Shown: piece after piece, positions 8,508 through 18,808 of the stretch | Numbering within the stretch: the stretch's first letter is position 1 | How the letters are laid out: every line of letters begins with the position of its first letter | Assembly (NCBI GenBank): GCA_022601535.1 | Contig: JAJACK010000001.1 | Location: 5,993 to 69,992 of the forward strand | Origin: Chlamydiales bacterium | GTDB taxonomy: Bacteria > Chlamydiota > Chlamydiia > Chlamydiales > JAAKFR01 | Direction: 5' to 3' | Length of the DNA: 64,000 bases | Program-made: the position numbers and the translations under genes | The notes under the pieces: generated by a model | The model's database searches: none | Told to the model about the DNA's origin: nothing | The model's input: the letters and a program-made list of their open reading frames with translations, nothing else

Positions 8508-10503
8508 CAAGCTCTAGTTTAGAATCTAGACTAGCTGCAAGGACCATCCCCTCGCTTTCAATTCCCATCAATTTCACCGGCTTTAAGTTGGCCACTAAAA
8601 CCACTTTTTTGCCAACAAGCTCTTCTGGTGTGTAGTGAAGGCTGATCCCTGAGACAACAGTTCGCTTTTCAAGGCCAATGTCGACGAGAAGTTTGAGCAG
8701 TTTTTTGCTTTTAGGCACTGCTTCGGCAGAAAGAATTGTTCCAACACGGAGGTCGAGTTTGACAAAATCATCAAATGTCATCTCCTCTTTGATCGGAGCA
8801 TAAGAGGGCTCTTTCACTTCAGCTGTTTTTGTATGCAGTTCTTTTAATGTTTCCATCTGTTTTTCAATCACCTCGTCTTCTATTTTTTGAAATAATATGG
8901 TTGGCTTGGGGAGTTGCTCACCAGGCTCTAACTGCATCTCAAGTCCCTCTTTCCAAAGAGGAGGAGTTTTGATGCCGAGCATCTCCCAGATCTTCTTTGA
9001 AGAGGAAGGAATAATTGGAGCAGACACCGTTGCCAATGCCTTAATACACTCAAGGCAAAGAGCGATAGTCGTCTCCATCATAGGGAAGGTCTCTTCCGAT
9101 TTTGCATCTTTCCACGGCACTTTAAGGTCAAAATAGGTGTTACCCAATTGGGCAAGCTCCATGATGAGTTGGCTCACCTTACGAATCCGGTAAGAACGGT
9201 ATTGCTCTTCAATCTCAGGAAGAAGACGGGCCATCTCATTGACAAAACGGTGATCAGCCTCTTCCATCTTCTTCGCCTCAGGAATTTTGCCTCCACATTT
9301 GTTTTGAATGAAAACAAGTGTGCGATTGATGAAATTGCCAAACTTACCGACAAGTTCGCTATTGCACCGGAGTTGAAAGTCTTTCCATGTAAATTCCGAA
9401 TCTGCAGTTTCAGGAGCATTTGCAGCAAGCGTGTAGCGAATCTGGTCAGCCTGGAAGTGATCGAAAAATGTCTTGAGATCAATCGTCCACCCTTCAGATT
9501 TGCTAAACTGCTTTCCTTCAAGGTTATAAAACTCATTAGCAACCAAGTCATCGACAAGTTTGTATGGGCGTGATTGTCCCATAATCATCGCAGGGAAAAA
9601 AATCGCATGAAACGGAATATTGTCTTTTCCCATAAATTGAACATATTTTGTCTGTGGGTTGAGCCAATACTCTTCCCATGCATCGGGTTTTCCTTTGAGT
9701 TTAGCCCACTCTTGAGTTGCGCTGATATAGCCAATTGGGGCATCAAACCACACATAAAACACTTTTCCTTTCGCATCTTTGAGAGGAACTTTCACTCCCC
9801 ACTCGAGATCACGTGTGATAGCACGAGGGCGAATCTCTTCAAGGTATTGCTCAGCAAAATTGATCACGTTGGGACGCCAAGGGCGGACAGAGAGAAAGGT
9901 TGAGAGCTTCTCCTTAAATTTATCGAAAAGGAGAAACCAATGGGTCGTTTTCTTTTTAACTAATTTGGCACCTGTAAGCTTTGAGCGAGGGATTTTTAGG
10001 TCTGTTGCCTCATAACTTGCACCACATCGGCCACATTCATCTCCACGAGCTTCTTCAAATCCACACCGAGGACATATTCCAAGAACATAACGGTCAGCTA
10101 GATATCTTTTATCTGGTTCAGAATAGAGTTGATCGGTCACCTGTTTTTCAACAAAACCTCCCCCTTGAAGATCTTGGAAAAAGGCATGAACAATTGGCTC
10201 GTGTTCGGTACATGTCGTGCGAGAAAAATGGTCAAAGCTGATCTCTAACTTATCAAAGAAGCTCGATATCACACCGTGAAAATGATCGACATGCTCACGA
10301 GGAGTTCGTCCTGCAAGTTCAGCTGAAAGAGTGATCGCCACTCCATACTCATCCGTTCCACTGACATAAAGAACATCGCTCCCCTGCAACCGTTCAAACC
10401 GAGCGTAACAGTCGGAAGGAAGGTATGCCCCGGCGATATGTCCAAAATGGAGTGGGCCATTTGCATAAGGGAGTGCAGCTGTAATCAAAACCCGTTTTTT
10501 CAT
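8467..10503 (-). CDS. metG: Methionyl-tRNA synthetase with C-terminal tRNA-binding (Trbp111/EMAP-like) domain
   Basis: 678 aa. HIGH-type 'PLHFGHIAGAY', zinc knuckles 'CPRCG...CGRCG', KMSKS-type 'KFSKS'. C-terminal 'FDDFVKLDLRVGTILSAE...KLLKLLVDIG' is an OB-fold tRNA-binding domain. Confidence 0.95.
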   Translation of the reverse strand: MKKRVLITAALPYANGPLHFGHIAGAYLPSDCYARFERLQGSDVLYVSGTDEYGVAITLSAELAGRTPREHVDHFHGVISSFFDKLEISFDHFSRTTCTEHEPIVHAFFQDLQGGGFVEKQVTDQLYSEPDKRYLADRYVLGICPRCGFEEARGDECGRCGASYEATDLKIPRSKLTGAKLVKKKTTHWFLLFDKFKEKLSTFLSVRPWRPNVINFAEQYLEEIRPRAITRDLEWGVKVPLKDAKGKVFYVWFDAPIGYISATQEWAKLKGKPDAWEEYWLNPQTKYVQFMGKDNIPFHAIFFPAMIMGQSRPYKLVDDLVANEFYNLEGKQFSKSEGWTIDLKTFFDHFQADQIRYTLAANAPETADSEFTWKDFQLRCNSELVGKFGNFINRTLVFIQNKCGGKIPEAKKMEEADHRFVNEMARLLPEIEEQYRSYRIRKVSQLIMELAQLGNTYFDLKVPWKDAKSEETFPMMETTIALCLECIKALATVSAPIIPSSSKKIWEMLGIKTPPLWKEGLEMQLEPGEQLPKPTILFQKIEDEVIEKQMETLKELHTKTAEVKEPSYAPIKEEMTFDDFVKLDLRVGTILSAEAVPKSKKLLKLLVDIGLEKRTVVSGISLHYTPEELVGKKVVLVANLKPVKLMGIESEGMVLAASLDSKLELVTLEDLPGGAEVS

Positions 10504-10712
10504 ACAAGTTCGTTATTATCTACTTTCTCTTCTACGTCATCTTCCTCTTGATCTGCAATGAATTCAAGAACATCAGTTGCAAGGTGAGACCCCATTTCAT
10601 CTCCTTGTTCAATACGTAATCTTGCAAGACCAATTGCGTGATTGACAAGAGAGAAAGAATTTTTATATTTCTCACCCAATTTTTCATTTGTTAGTGTATC
10701 TCTTAATGACAT
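10500..10712 (-). CDS. rpoZ: Small acidic protein, probable RNA polymerase omega subunit
   Basis: 70 aa. 'KNSFSLVNHAIGLARLRIEQG' resembles the RpoZ core ('NRFDLVLVAARRARQ'). It sits directly after gmk, the conserved gmk-rpoZ arrangement. Its stop overlaps the metG start (ATGA). Confidence 0.5.
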   Translation of the reverse strand: MSLRDTLTNEKLGEKYKNSFSLVNHAIGLARLRIEQGDEMGSHLATDVLEFIADQEEDDVEEKVDNNELV

Positions 10713-10713
10713 T

Positions 10714-11283
10714 CTACTTACTCCTTGATTCTGCAGTCATAATGCTGCGCAATTTTTTATAACTCTCTTCTAAATTGTCGTTTACAATATTGTAATCGTA
10801 ATGAGGGATCATCGAAAGCTCTTTTGTTGCATGTTCAAACCGTCTTTCATTTGTCTTTATATCCTCTGTTCCCCTCTTAAAAAGGCGCTCTTTTAGGGAA
10901 TCTAAAGAGGGAGGACTGATGAAGATATAGATCGCCTCGGTTTTCTCTTTAATTTTCATAGCCCCTTTGGTATCAATTACCAAAATAACGTGTTTCCCCT
11001 CTTTTTTCAGCCGCTCCACTTCCTCAATACGTGTTCCGTAGTTATTTCCAAACACCTTTGCATGTTCCAAAAAAGCGTCTTCATCGACTAAACGTTCAAA
11101 CTCTTCGACCGAAATAAAATCGTAATCTTGTCCATTGACCTCATTTGGTCGAGGTTTTCTTGTTGTTGAAGAGCGACTTTGGGCAAATGTATCAGGGAAT
11201 TCACCTAAAAGCCTTTTGACAAGGGTTGTCTTTCCAGCTCCAGCAGGAGCACTGATGACAAATAGTAATCTCTTATTCGACAT
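10714..11283 (-). CDS. gmk: Guanylate kinase
   Basis: P-loop 'SAPAGAGKTTL', 'TTRKPRPNEVNGQDYDFIS' and 'EHAKVFGNNYGT'. I prefer ATG 11283 (MSNKRLLFVI) to the longer ORF reaching 11316. Confidence 0.92.
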   Translation of the reverse strand: MSNKRLLFVISAPAGAGKTTLVKRLLGEFPDTFAQSRSSTTRKPRPNEVNGQDYDFISVEEFERLVDEDAFLEHAKVFGNNYGTRIEEVERLKKEGKHVILVIDTKGAMKIKEKTEAIYIFISPPSLDSLKERLFKRGTEDIKTNERRFEHATKELSMIPHYDYNIVNDNLEESYKKLRSIMTAESRSK

Positions 11284-12166
11284 TTTGCACCTGCTCTCGC
11301 ATTTTTTCGAGTTCACTTTTCACTTCGATCACCTCTTTTGCAACTGAGATTAAAGAGACTTTTGCTCCAATGGTATTGATCTCTCGCATCAGCTCTTGCA
11401 AGAGAAAATCGAGTGTTTTTCCTTTCACTTCCTTTAAACCATCTAACTTTTGTTCTAACAGCTCGAAGATTTGGCCAAGATGGCTTTGGAAACGGACGAT
11501 TTCTTCTGAGACGTCGATTTTTTCAGCGTAGATTGCAATCTCTTTCAAAATACGCTCATCTGTGTCACTAGAGAGAGCTCCCACCCTTTCACAAAGTTTT
11601 TTGCGAAACTTTTCAGAAGCTTCAGGAGTGACCTTTGAAATCATTTCGATTGAATGTTGTATTTTTTGAGCACGCATCGCAAGGTCGATAGCTAACGTCT
11701 CCCCTTCATTTTCCTTCATTGCTTGCAATTTTTCCAAAGCTTCATCAAGAGCTGTTAGAACCACATCTACAGATATTTCTTCTTTTACCGGCTGTTCAAA
11801 AAAGAGTTGATCACGACTTGCTTTTAGCAAAGAGAGGTCAAATGGCATACCGACAGCATCGCCGATCTCTTCCCATCCTTTTTTCAACTCTTTTGCAAGC
11901 TCGAGATTGGGGATCAATCGAATGGGCTTTTTTCCTTCAAATTGCCACGAGACAGAGGCATTCACTTGCCCGCGAGCAATGGAGGCTCCCATTTTTTTAC
12001 GAAGATCATGTTCGAGATGGCTTAAAAGGCGGGGGGCCGAGAGATGGATTTCAAGATGGCGCCGATTGAGGGTTGTGATCTCAACAATGATCCGGCCAAA
12101 GTCAAACGCTTTTTCAGCCCTTCCGTAGGCAGTCATACTTCGAAGATGATAAGACTTTTTTCCCAT
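11273..12166 (-). CDS. yicC: YicC-family protein (DUF1732)
   Basis: 297 aa. N-terminal 'SMTAYGRAE' and C-terminal 'LDFLLQELMREINTIGAK' are the YicC N- and C-terminal signatures. Confidence 0.85.
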   Translation of the reverse strand: MGKKSYHLRSMTAYGRAEKAFDFGRIIVEITTLNRRHLEIHLSAPRLLSHLEHDLRKKMGASIARGQVNASVSWQFEGKKPIRLIPNLELAKELKKGWEEIGDAVGMPFDLSLLKASRDQLFFEQPVKEEISVDVVLTALDEALEKLQAMKENEGETLAIDLAMRAQKIQHSIEMISKVTPEASEKFRKKLCERVGALSSDTDERILKEIAIYAEKIDVSEEIVRFQSHLGQIFELLEQKLDGLKEVKGKTLDFLLQELMREINTIGAKVSLISVAKEVIEVKSELEKMREQVQNVE

Positions 12167-12203
12167 TATAGGAGTGTTAATATATAGAAATTAAAAGGAA
12201 AAA

Positions 12204-12812
12204 TCAATAAGAAAATGTTTTTCTATGAATGGGACAACGGCCACATTTATACAACGCCTCACGGTGGGCGACTGTCCCATACCCTTTATGAGAAGCAAAC
12301 CCATACTCTGGGTACAAGGCGTCATAATCTACCATCTGCCGGTCTCGGGTCACTTTTGCTAAAATCGAGGCTGCTGCAATCTGCCGCTCTTGCCCATCTC
12401 CTCGAATTACCCCTTCTGAGGGAATTTCGGAAAAATCAACGGGGTGACCATCGACTAAAATAAAATGTGGAATCGTAGGGAGCGCTTTGACGGCTCGTTC
12501 CATCGCCAGGTGGGTCGCTCGAGAAATGCCGATCTCATCGATTAAATCGTGATCGACAAAGCCAATTCCATAGAGCGCCTTTTCCTTAATTTGGTCGAAA
12601 AGCACTTCCCGCTTCTTCGGTGAAAGCTTTTTGCTGTCATTCACACCTTCGATGAGGGTCTCCTCATCGATCAAGCAACAAGCTGCGACAACAGGCCCTG
12701 CCAATGGACCTCTGCCCGCTTCGTCAACGCCTGCAATCCGAACAATCCCCCGCGCTCTTAGCTCTTTCTCAAGAAGATTCGGTAGCTGGAGCGGTTTCTG
12801 TGAGAGCTTCAC
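12204..12812 (-). CDS. rnhB: Ribonuclease HII
   Basis: 202 aa. '[16 protein letters not shown]', 'DSKKLS' and '[11 protein letters not shown]'. The 5' end overlaps the rplS 3' extension by 44 nt. Confidence 0.92.
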   Translation of the reverse strand: MKLSQKPLQLPNLLEKELRARGIVRIAGVDEAGRGPLAGPVVAACCLIDEETLIEGVNDSKKLSPKKREVLFDQIKEKALYGIGFVDHDLIDEIGISRATHLAMERAVKALPTIPHFILVDGHPVDFSEIPSEGVIRGDGQERQIAAASILAKVTRDRQMVDYDALYPEYGFASHKGYGTVAHREALYKCGRCPIHRKTFSY

Positions 12813-13221
12813 TTGCAGCCTCTTCAGTTGCCGATTTTGATTGCAATGGCGCTTTTGCCACTTTGGCTTTCTTCACTCCAATCTTCTCTTGAACTTTCGA
12901 AGCTTTACCAGTCGTTCCACGTAAGTGGTAGAGTTTTGCTCGTCTCACATCTCCCTTTCGAATCACTTCAATCTTAACGATCCGTGGACTATGGATATTG
13001 AAGACACGCTCCATCCCCTCTCCATAAGAGACGCGGTGCAAAGCAAAGGTTTCACTGAGACCTCCACCCTTTTTCGCAATCACTGTTCCTTGAAAAACCT
13101 GCACACGTTCTTTCTCCCCTTCAACAATCCGGGTAGAAACACGGACAGTGTCTCCAATGTCAAAAACTGGTAATTCTTTTTTTATCTGCTCATTATCGAG
13201 CTCTTCTATCAAAGCATCCAT
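12769..13221 (-). CDS. rplS: 50S ribosomal protein L19 with Ala/Glu/Ser/Thr-rich C-terminal extension
   Basis: 'FDIGDTVRV...[42 protein letters not shown]' is canonical L19. About 45 extra C-terminal residues follow. Confidence 0.95.
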   Translation of the reverse strand: MDALIEELDNEQIKKELPVFDIGDTVRVSTRIVEGEKERVQVFQGTVIAKKGGGLSETFALHRVSYGEGMERVFNIHSPRIVKIEVIRKGDVRRAKLYHLRGTTGKASKVQEKIGVKKAKVAKAPLQSKSATEEAASEALTETAPATESS

Positions 13222-13224
13222 TGT

Positions 13225-13893
13225 TTATCCTTGTACTAAATCTGGCCTCACTTCTTTCGTCTTCTCAAGTGCTCTTTGCCGCCGCCATTTTTCAATAGCA
13301 GCGTGGTTTCCCTCTAAGAGCACTTTGGGAACACGCCTATCTTCAAAAACTTCCGGACGGGTGTAGTGAGGACAATCAAATGCCCCATCCTGGAAGGAGT
13401 CTTCATAAACCGATCGGTCATCTCCCAATACACCGGGAACAAACCGAACAACAGCATCGACAAAGACAAGTGCTGCAGGCATGCCACTTGTCAACACATA
13501 GTCGCCAATGCTTATCTCTTCATCCACCTCTTTTAAAACACGCTCATCAATCCCTTCGTAATGCCCACAAAGAAGGATAAGATGCGATTTTTCGGCAAGC
13601 TGCTCACACCTTTTTGCCGTTAGAAGACTCCCTTGAGGTGAGAGGTAAACCACATGAGAATCTTCTTGCCTTACATCTCGAACAGCCCCAACAACTGGCC
13701 CTGGCTTGAGAACCATCCCTGGTCCTCCTCCATACGGCCTATCGTCAACTGTTTTATGTCGATCGGCTGCAAACTCTCTGATCTGTGTGAGCTCTAAGTC
13801 AACCAACCCTTTTTCTCTTGCCCGTTTGATCATGCTCACGTTAAATGGGCTATCAAAATACTCGGGGAAGAGAGAGAGGATATCGATCTTCAT
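13225..13893 (-). CDS. trmD: tRNA (guanine37-N1)-methyltransferase
   Basis: 222 aa. 'ILSLFPEYF', 'DDRPYGGGPGMVLK', 'LLCGHYEGIDERV', 'SIGDYVLTSG'. Confidence 0.95.
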   Translation of the reverse strand: MKIDILSLFPEYFDSPFNVSMIKRAREKGLVDLELTQIREFAADRHKTVDDRPYGGGPGMVLKPGPVVGAVRDVRQEDSHVVYLSPQGSLLTAKRCEQLAEKSHLILLCGHYEGIDERVLKEVDEEISIGDYVLTSGMPAALVFVDAVVRFVPGVLGDDRSVYEDSFQDGAFDCPHYTRPEVFEDRRVPKVLLEGNHAAIEKWRRQRALEKTKEVRPDLVQG

Positions 13894-13897
13894 CTAT

Positions 13898-14326
13898 TTA
13901 GACGGAAGCCGTCTCCTTTTTTTTAGGAGCAACCTTTTTAACAACTGTCTTTTTGGTTGCAGTTTTTTTTGTCACAGGCTTTTTAGCTGCAGTTTTTTTA
14001 GCTGTAGTTTTTTTGGTCACAGCTTTCTTTTTCTCTGCTCCCTTTCCTTGCTTCTTCACCTGCTTGCGCATGTGCTCTAGCAACATCTCTGGAGCCATTT
14101 TTTTGACAAGCGATCGCGCTTTTTCTGTCATAACAGCACCATGACCCAACCAATGTTTGATCCGATCGTCTTTTAACTTAAGACCATCTTTTTCATTGTG
14201 GGGATCATACTGCCCCAAAAGCTCGATGTACTTTCCATCGCGTGGAGAGCGAGCTTCGGCAAGCACAAGGCGGTAGACGAGATGATTCCGTCTTCCTTGC
14301 TGCCTTAAACGTATTTTTAACGCCAT
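13898..14326 (-). CDS. rpsP: 30S ribosomal protein S16 with Lys-rich C-terminal tail
   Basis: 'MALKIRLRQQGRRNHLVYRLVLAEARSPRDGKYIELLGQYDP' is canonical S16. The C-terminal ~55 aa are (T/A)xKK-type repeats. Confidence 0.95.
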   Translation of the reverse strand: MALKIRLRQQGRRNHLVYRLVLAEARSPRDGKYIELLGQYDPHNEKDGLKLKDDRIKHWLGHGAVMTEKARSLVKKMAPEMLLEHMRKQVKKQGKGAEKKKAVTKKTTAKKTAAKKPVTKKTATKKTVVKKVAPKKKETASV

Positions 14327-15640
14327 TTATCTTCCTCCCATCATTTTTTCTAACTGTTTCTTATTCGGAGCATTCTTGAAAAACTGTTTCGACTGTTTGA
14401 AGCTCTTCTTTAATTTGTTTACATCGGAAAGCTCTGTTCCCGATCCCCGTGCAACCCGCTTTGAGCGGCGCACATCTAATTGATCTTTTTCAGCCCGTTC
14501 TCGGGGTGTCATCGAAAGAATCATCGCTTCGATTTTGAAAAATTCTTTCTCTTTACTCGAAAAATCTGGCATCTTCGCTGCTCCCGGCAACATCTTCATA
14601 ATGCTCCCAAACGATCCCATCTTTCGAACTGATTGAATCTGTTTGAGATAGTCGTTATATGTGAAAGAAGCTTTTCGCATCTTCTCTTCGAGATCTTTTT
14701 GTTCCTCTTCAGAAATGTGCTCTTCTGCCTTCTTGACCAAATTGATCGTATCGCCCATCCCCAAAATACGGTCGGCCATTGAATCGGCATTGAAAAGTTG
14801 GAGATCATCGAGTTTCTCCCCTATCCCTTCAAATTTAAGCGGCTTTCCCGTTACCTGTGTGATCGAAATGGCGGCTCCACCACGGCTATCTCCATCGAGC
14901 ATCGTTAAAATCGAACCAGTTATCCCCAAGCGAGCATCAAATTCAGCTGCTGTTTTGACCGCATCTTGTCCCGTTGCTCCATTGGCAACAAAGAGAATCT
15001 CTTCGGGATCGATCGCTTTTTTCACCCGTTCCAACTCTTTCATCAACACATCATCGATATGAAGGCGACCTGCTGTATCAAAAATCACAACGTCGTACTG
15101 CTTGGCCTCTTTTAACGCTTTTTTCGCAACCTTGACCGGATCTTTCTCTCCCTCAATGGAAAAGACAGGAACATCGATCTGTTCACCTAAACGTTTGAGT
15201 TGTAAAACAGCTGCTGGACGTTGCAAATCACACGCCACAAGAAGTGCTCTCTTTCGGTGCTCTTTCTTCTGCAAAAAACGTGCAATTTTAGCCGCATGTG
15301 TTGTTTTTCCAGATCCCTGCAATCCACAGAGCATCCACACACTCGGCTTTGAAGAGAGATTGAGCGTCGCCTCATCCCCCCCCATCAAAACGGCGAGTTC
15401 ATCATGGATCAACTTTACAAATTGCTGTCCCGGGAGAACCGATTTGGTCGTTTTCTCTCCCAGAGCCTTCTCTTTAACACTCTTGATAAAGGTCTTTACA
15501 ACAGTATAGTTTACATCTGCCTCGAGCAAGGCCATACGCACCTGTCGGACAGACTCAGAGATATTCTCCTCAGTCAGTCGCTTCTTCCCTGCAAGAGAGG
15601 AAAAGATGTCAGTAAATTTTTCAGCTATAGACCCAAACAT
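14327..15640 (-). CDS. ffh: Signal recognition particle protein Ffh
   Basis: 'GLQGSGKTT', 'DTAGRL', 'DGDSRGGAA', and an M-domain with Met-rich 'MGSFGSIMKMLPG'. ATG 15640 (MFGSI...) is preferred over the in-frame TTG at 15646. Confidence 0.95.
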   Translation of the reverse strand: MFGSIAEKFTDIFSSLAGKKRLTEENISESVRQVRMALLEADVNYTVVKTFIKSVKEKALGEKTTKSVLPGQQFVKLIHDELAVLMGGDEATLNLSSKPSVWMLCGLQGSGKTTHAAKIARFLQKKEHRKRALLVACDLQRPAAVLQLKRLGEQIDVPVFSIEGEKDPVKVAKKALKEAKQYDVVIFDTAGRLHIDDVLMKELERVKKAIDPEEILFVANGATGQDAVKTAAEFDARLGITGSILTMLDGDSRGGAAISITQVTGKPLKFEGIGEKLDDLQLFNADSMADRILGMGDTINLVKKAEEHISEEEQKDLEEKMRKASFTYNDYLKQIQSVRKMGSFGSIMKMLPGAAKMPDFSSKEKEFFKIEAMILSMTPRERAEKDQLDVRRSKRVARGSGTELSDVNKLKKSFKQSKQFFKNAPNKKQLEKMMGGR

Positions 15641-15664
15641 GAACAAGCATCATACAGGAAAGTT

Positions 15665-16477
15665 TTAATCTATTTCAAGGAAAAAGAACCGGTCGTGCCC
15701 CGCCCAGTCAGACTCGACATGACATTGAAATCCTTGAGATTGAAAAATCTCCTTTACCCCCTCACCTTGACCCATCCCAAGCTCAAACCACGCTTTGTGT
15801 TTAACAACCCCTTCAAGCTTCAATCTTTGGTAAAATTCAAAGCCACTCTCTCCTCCTACAAGCGCCATCTTAGGTTCCCACTTCACCTCAGGATCCACCT
15901 TTTCATATTCAGAATTGGAAAGATAAGGAGGGTTGCAGACGAGATAGTCGCACACCCCTTCAAATGGAGCTAAAAGATCTCCTTCAAGAAATGTGATTTT
16001 AACATCAGCCGCTTTTGCATTTGCACGGGCAACTTCAAGCGCTTTTGAACTGAGATCTGAGGCAAAGACCTCTAAATGAGGAAATCTTTTTTTCAATGCA
16101 ATCGCAATCGCTCCAGATCCTGTACAAGGCTCAAAAAGACGTCCCTCTAGCGGCTCTTTTGCAATTTTTTCAACAAGCAGCTCGGTCTCAGGACGGGGGA
16201 TGAGAACGTCGGGGGTGATTTTAAGCCTTACACCGGCAAACTCTATTTCGCCTTTGATATAAGGAGCCGGCTTTCTCTCTCCCCTCAAAAGAATTGCAGC
16301 TCGACACCGAGCCAACTCTTTCTCATTTAGAGGGCGGTCAAAATGGAGATAGAGATCGAGCCTTTTCACATCGAGAACATCCGAGAGCACCTCTTCTGCC
16401 ATTCTCCGAGCATTTGGAACCCCTTTTTTCTCTAAAAATGTCGAGCTATGACCGATGATTTGAAGAAGTGATTTCAT
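15665..16477 (-). CDS. prmC: Release-factor glutamine N5-methyltransferase
   Basis: 270 aa. SAM site '[13 protein letters not shown]' and catalytic 'CNPPY'. The start overlaps the prfA stop (ATGA). Confidence 0.9.
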   Translation of the reverse strand: MKSLLQIIGHSSTFLEKKGVPNARRMAEEVLSDVLDVKRLDLYLHFDRPLNEKELARCRAAILLRGERKPAPYIKGEIEFAGVRLKITPDVLIPRPETELLVEKIAKEPLEGRLFEPCTGSGAIAIALKKRFPHLEVFASDLSSKALEVARANAKAADVKITFLEGDLLAPFEGVCDYLVCNPPYLSNSEYEKVDPEVKWEPKMALVGGESGFEFYQRLKLEGVVKHKAWFELGMGQGEGVKEIFQSQGFQCHVESDWAGHDRFFFLEID

Positions 16478-17541
16478 CCGTGGAGCTTTTCTTGGTAGAA
16501 ATGTTTGACAAGCGTTGTCGTCACCTCTTCAAGCTCCCCTTGCATCACTCGATCAAGATTGTAAAGGGTGAGATTGATCCGATGATCTGTCAAACGATTT
16601 TGAGGAAAATTGTAGGTCCGAATTCGCCCAGAACGATCCCCTGTTCCCACTTGAGCTGAACGAGTTTCTGCCTCAGCTTCGGCTTCTTTTCGACGCTCTT
16701 CTTCCACAATTTTTGCGGTCAAAAGGCGCATCGCTTTATCTTTATTTTTGTGCTGCGACCGCTCATCTTGGCAGTAAGCGACAGCACCGGAGGGAAGGTG
16801 TGTGATTCGAACAGCAGAATCTGTTGTATTGACATGCTGCCCTCCCGCACCAGAAGCGCGGTAGGTGTCGATACGAAGATCCTTCTCATCGATTTTGATC
16901 TCTTCTTTTTCATCAGGCTCTAGCATGATTGCCACGGTGACAGCTGATGTGTGCACTCTCCCTTGCGTCTCTGTCTCAGGAACTCTCTGAACCCGATGAG
17001 TCCCTCCCTCATACTGGAGAAACCGCTTCACCTTAGGACCTGAGATTGCCATGATATACTCTTTGAATCCACCCACTTCTGAAGGGTTGCAAGAAAGCGT
17101 TTCTACTTTCCACCCTTTTATTGCAGCATAGAGCTGGTACATCCGAACGCAATCACCCACAAAAAGGGCTGCTTCATCACCCCCTGTTCCCGCACGCACT
17201 TCTAAAATCACACCCCGATCATCATCGGGATCTGGGGGAACAAGAAGGGTTTCGAGCTCTTTTTCAAGGGTTGGAATAGACGCTTCAACCGCTTCGATCT
17301 CCTCTTTTAAAAGAGCGATCATCTCTTCATCCAATTCTGATGAAAGAAGCTCTTGATTTTCCTTCAACGAAGCGCGAGCCTTTTCAAGAGAGGAGAAGAC
17401 GGTTTTAATCTCAGAAAGATAGGAGTGCTCTTGGGTCAGTACGCGATAGTTTTCCGCATCCTCAAAGACGTCTGGCTTAGCTAATATTTGCTCAACCTCT
17501 TCAAGACGACCTAAGAGCTTGGTAATTTTTTCTTTAATCAC
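16474..17541 (-). CDS. prfA: Peptide chain release factor 1
   Basis: 355 aa. '[16 protein letters not shown]' (GGQ motif) and an RF1-type tripeptide context, '[14 protein letters not shown]'. The GTG start overlaps the rpmE stop (GTGA). Confidence 0.95.
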   Translation of the reverse strand: MIKEKITKLLGRLEEVEQILAKPDVFEDAENYRVLTQEHSYLSEIKTVFSSLEKARASLKENQELLSSELDEEMIALLKEEIEAVEASIPTLEKELETLLVPPDPDDDRGVILEVRAGTGGDEAALFVGDCVRMYQLYAAIKGWKVETLSCNPSEVGGFKEYIMAISGPKVKRFLQYEGGTHRVQRVPETETQGRVHTSAVTVAIMLEPDEKEEIKIDEKDLRIDTYRASGAGGQHVNTTDSAVRITHLPSGAVAYCQDERSQHKNKDKAMRLLTAKIVEEERRKEAEAEAETRSAQVGTGDRSGRIRTYNFPQNRLTDHRINLTLYNLDRVMQGELEEVTTTLVKHFYQEKLHG

Positions 17542-17780
17542 TTTTTCTTATAACGCTTCAAGAACTTGTCGATACGTCCTTCCGAATCGATAAATTTCTC
17601 GCTGCCTGTAAAGAAAGGGTGTGAAGCAGAAGAGACCGTTACAGGGTAGACAGGGTATTCAACTCCCTCATAAACCTCTGTTTCCTTAGGTTGAAGAGTC
17701 GATCCAATGACAAATTTTGCTCCAGTTGACGTGTCGACAAAAAGAACATCTTGGTAAGGGGGGTGTTTATCGTGTTTCAT
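17538..17780 (-). CDS. rpmE: 50S ribosomal protein L31, type B (non-zinc)
   Basis: 80 aa. '[23 protein letters not shown]' and 'HPFFTG'. Lacks the CxxC pair, as in type-B L31. Confidence 0.9.
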   Translation of the reverse strand: MKHDKHPPYQDVLFVDTSTGAKFVIGSTLQPKETEVYEGVEYPVYPVTVSSASHPFFTGSEKFIDSEGRIDKFLKRYKKK

Positions 17781-17855
17781 AAGGTAATCTCCAATTTATC
17801 CCATAAAAATAGCGAGATCCTAGGAAAAAAACAAGCAAAATTCTATACTCCGGGC

Positions 17856-18671
17856 ATGAAAAAATTTCTTTGCCTTATTTTCCTCTCTTGCACCCTGTTT
17901 GCAGATGTGCAACTCAAAACACAATTTTACACCGCAGAAGGTGGAAACTACGTCGTCACAGAACAGGGAAAGACCTACGCCTTTCTCTATATTAGGGAGC
18001 GTTCTAATGACACGATTTTTATCGAAGAGGTTGCCATCCCAGCCTCCAACTTCAACCGTCAAAAAATCAGTTGGCGTGACTGGTTTGAACAAGAAGCCCC
18101 AGGACACACTCTTTGGACTATTTCTCAAATTGACCTAAAGACGGGAACCTTTAAAGAGACCTATTCCTACACACATGAAGGGTGGATCGACACAAGCGCT
18201 TCAAATTCTTTTTTAACAACCCTCCTCAACCTAAATTTTAAAGAAGTTGCCGAAAGTGAACGGAGACGGATCGGCTTCCCTCCTGGCTACGGAAAACCAG
18301 ATAAACGCCCCCTTTGGAATCCCCGCCTTATTGTAGGAGGGCTCAAAGTTGCCAACATCCCTTTTGCCGTCTACAAAGGGCGGTGGCCAAAAGATCAAAG
18401 CGAGCTCTCTTGTAAACAGATCGACATCTACATCCCCTACGCCTCAGAGAGTGAAAAATTTCCCACTTTTTTCCCCTATCTTGTCGAAGTGGATGGAAAA
18501 ATTGGGAGCGCAAAATTGCGTGTTGTCGATTCTGGAGTTGGTGTAAGATCGCCTAAACAACCGTTTCGGATGCAATCTCCTGAGCTCACACAAGATCCTT
18601 TTTGGACAGAAGAAAAACTCGCAGCTATTGAAAGTAAGTACTATTTATTAACATTTTTACTGACATTTTAA
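17856..18671 (+). CDS. Secreted hypothetical protein (signal peptide)
   Basis: ATG 17856 gives 'MKKFLCLIFLSCTLFA', a typical signal peptide. The longer ORF from 17751 would overlap rpmE. No recognisable domain. It occupies the slot between rpmE and lepB that a hypothetical gene holds in Chlamydia, from memory. Confidence 0.6.
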   Translation: MKKFLCLIFLSCTLFADVQLKTQFYTAEGGNYVVTEQGKTYAFLYIRERSNDTIFIEEVAIPASNFNRQKISWRDWFEQEAPGHTLWTISQIDLKTGTFKETYSYTHEGWIDTSASNSFLTTLLNLNFKEVAESERRRIGFPPGYGKPDKRPLWNPRLIVGGLKVANIPFAVYKGRWPKDQSELSCKQIDIYIPYASESEKFPTFFPYLVEVDGKIGSAKLRVVDSGVGVRSPKQPFRMQSPELTQDPFWTEEKLAAIESKYYLLTFLLTF

Positions 18672-18808
18672 ATACACTGATAACAAGAGACTTAACTCTC
18701 TTATCGACATTTTATCTACAAGTTATAAACACTCTTTCCACACAAAAGCCCCCTCTTTCCTCTTAAGCGAACGAAAACATCCGTACATTTTGCGTACAAA
18801 CTTTCAAC

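Noticed and set aside
18734-18742. DnaA-box-like 'CTTTCCACA' in the intergenic region upstream of lepB.
   Set aside because: It is a single imperfect box (mismatches to TTATCCACA) with no cluster, no AT-rich unwinding element and no dnaA/dnaN nearby. It is not an origin.
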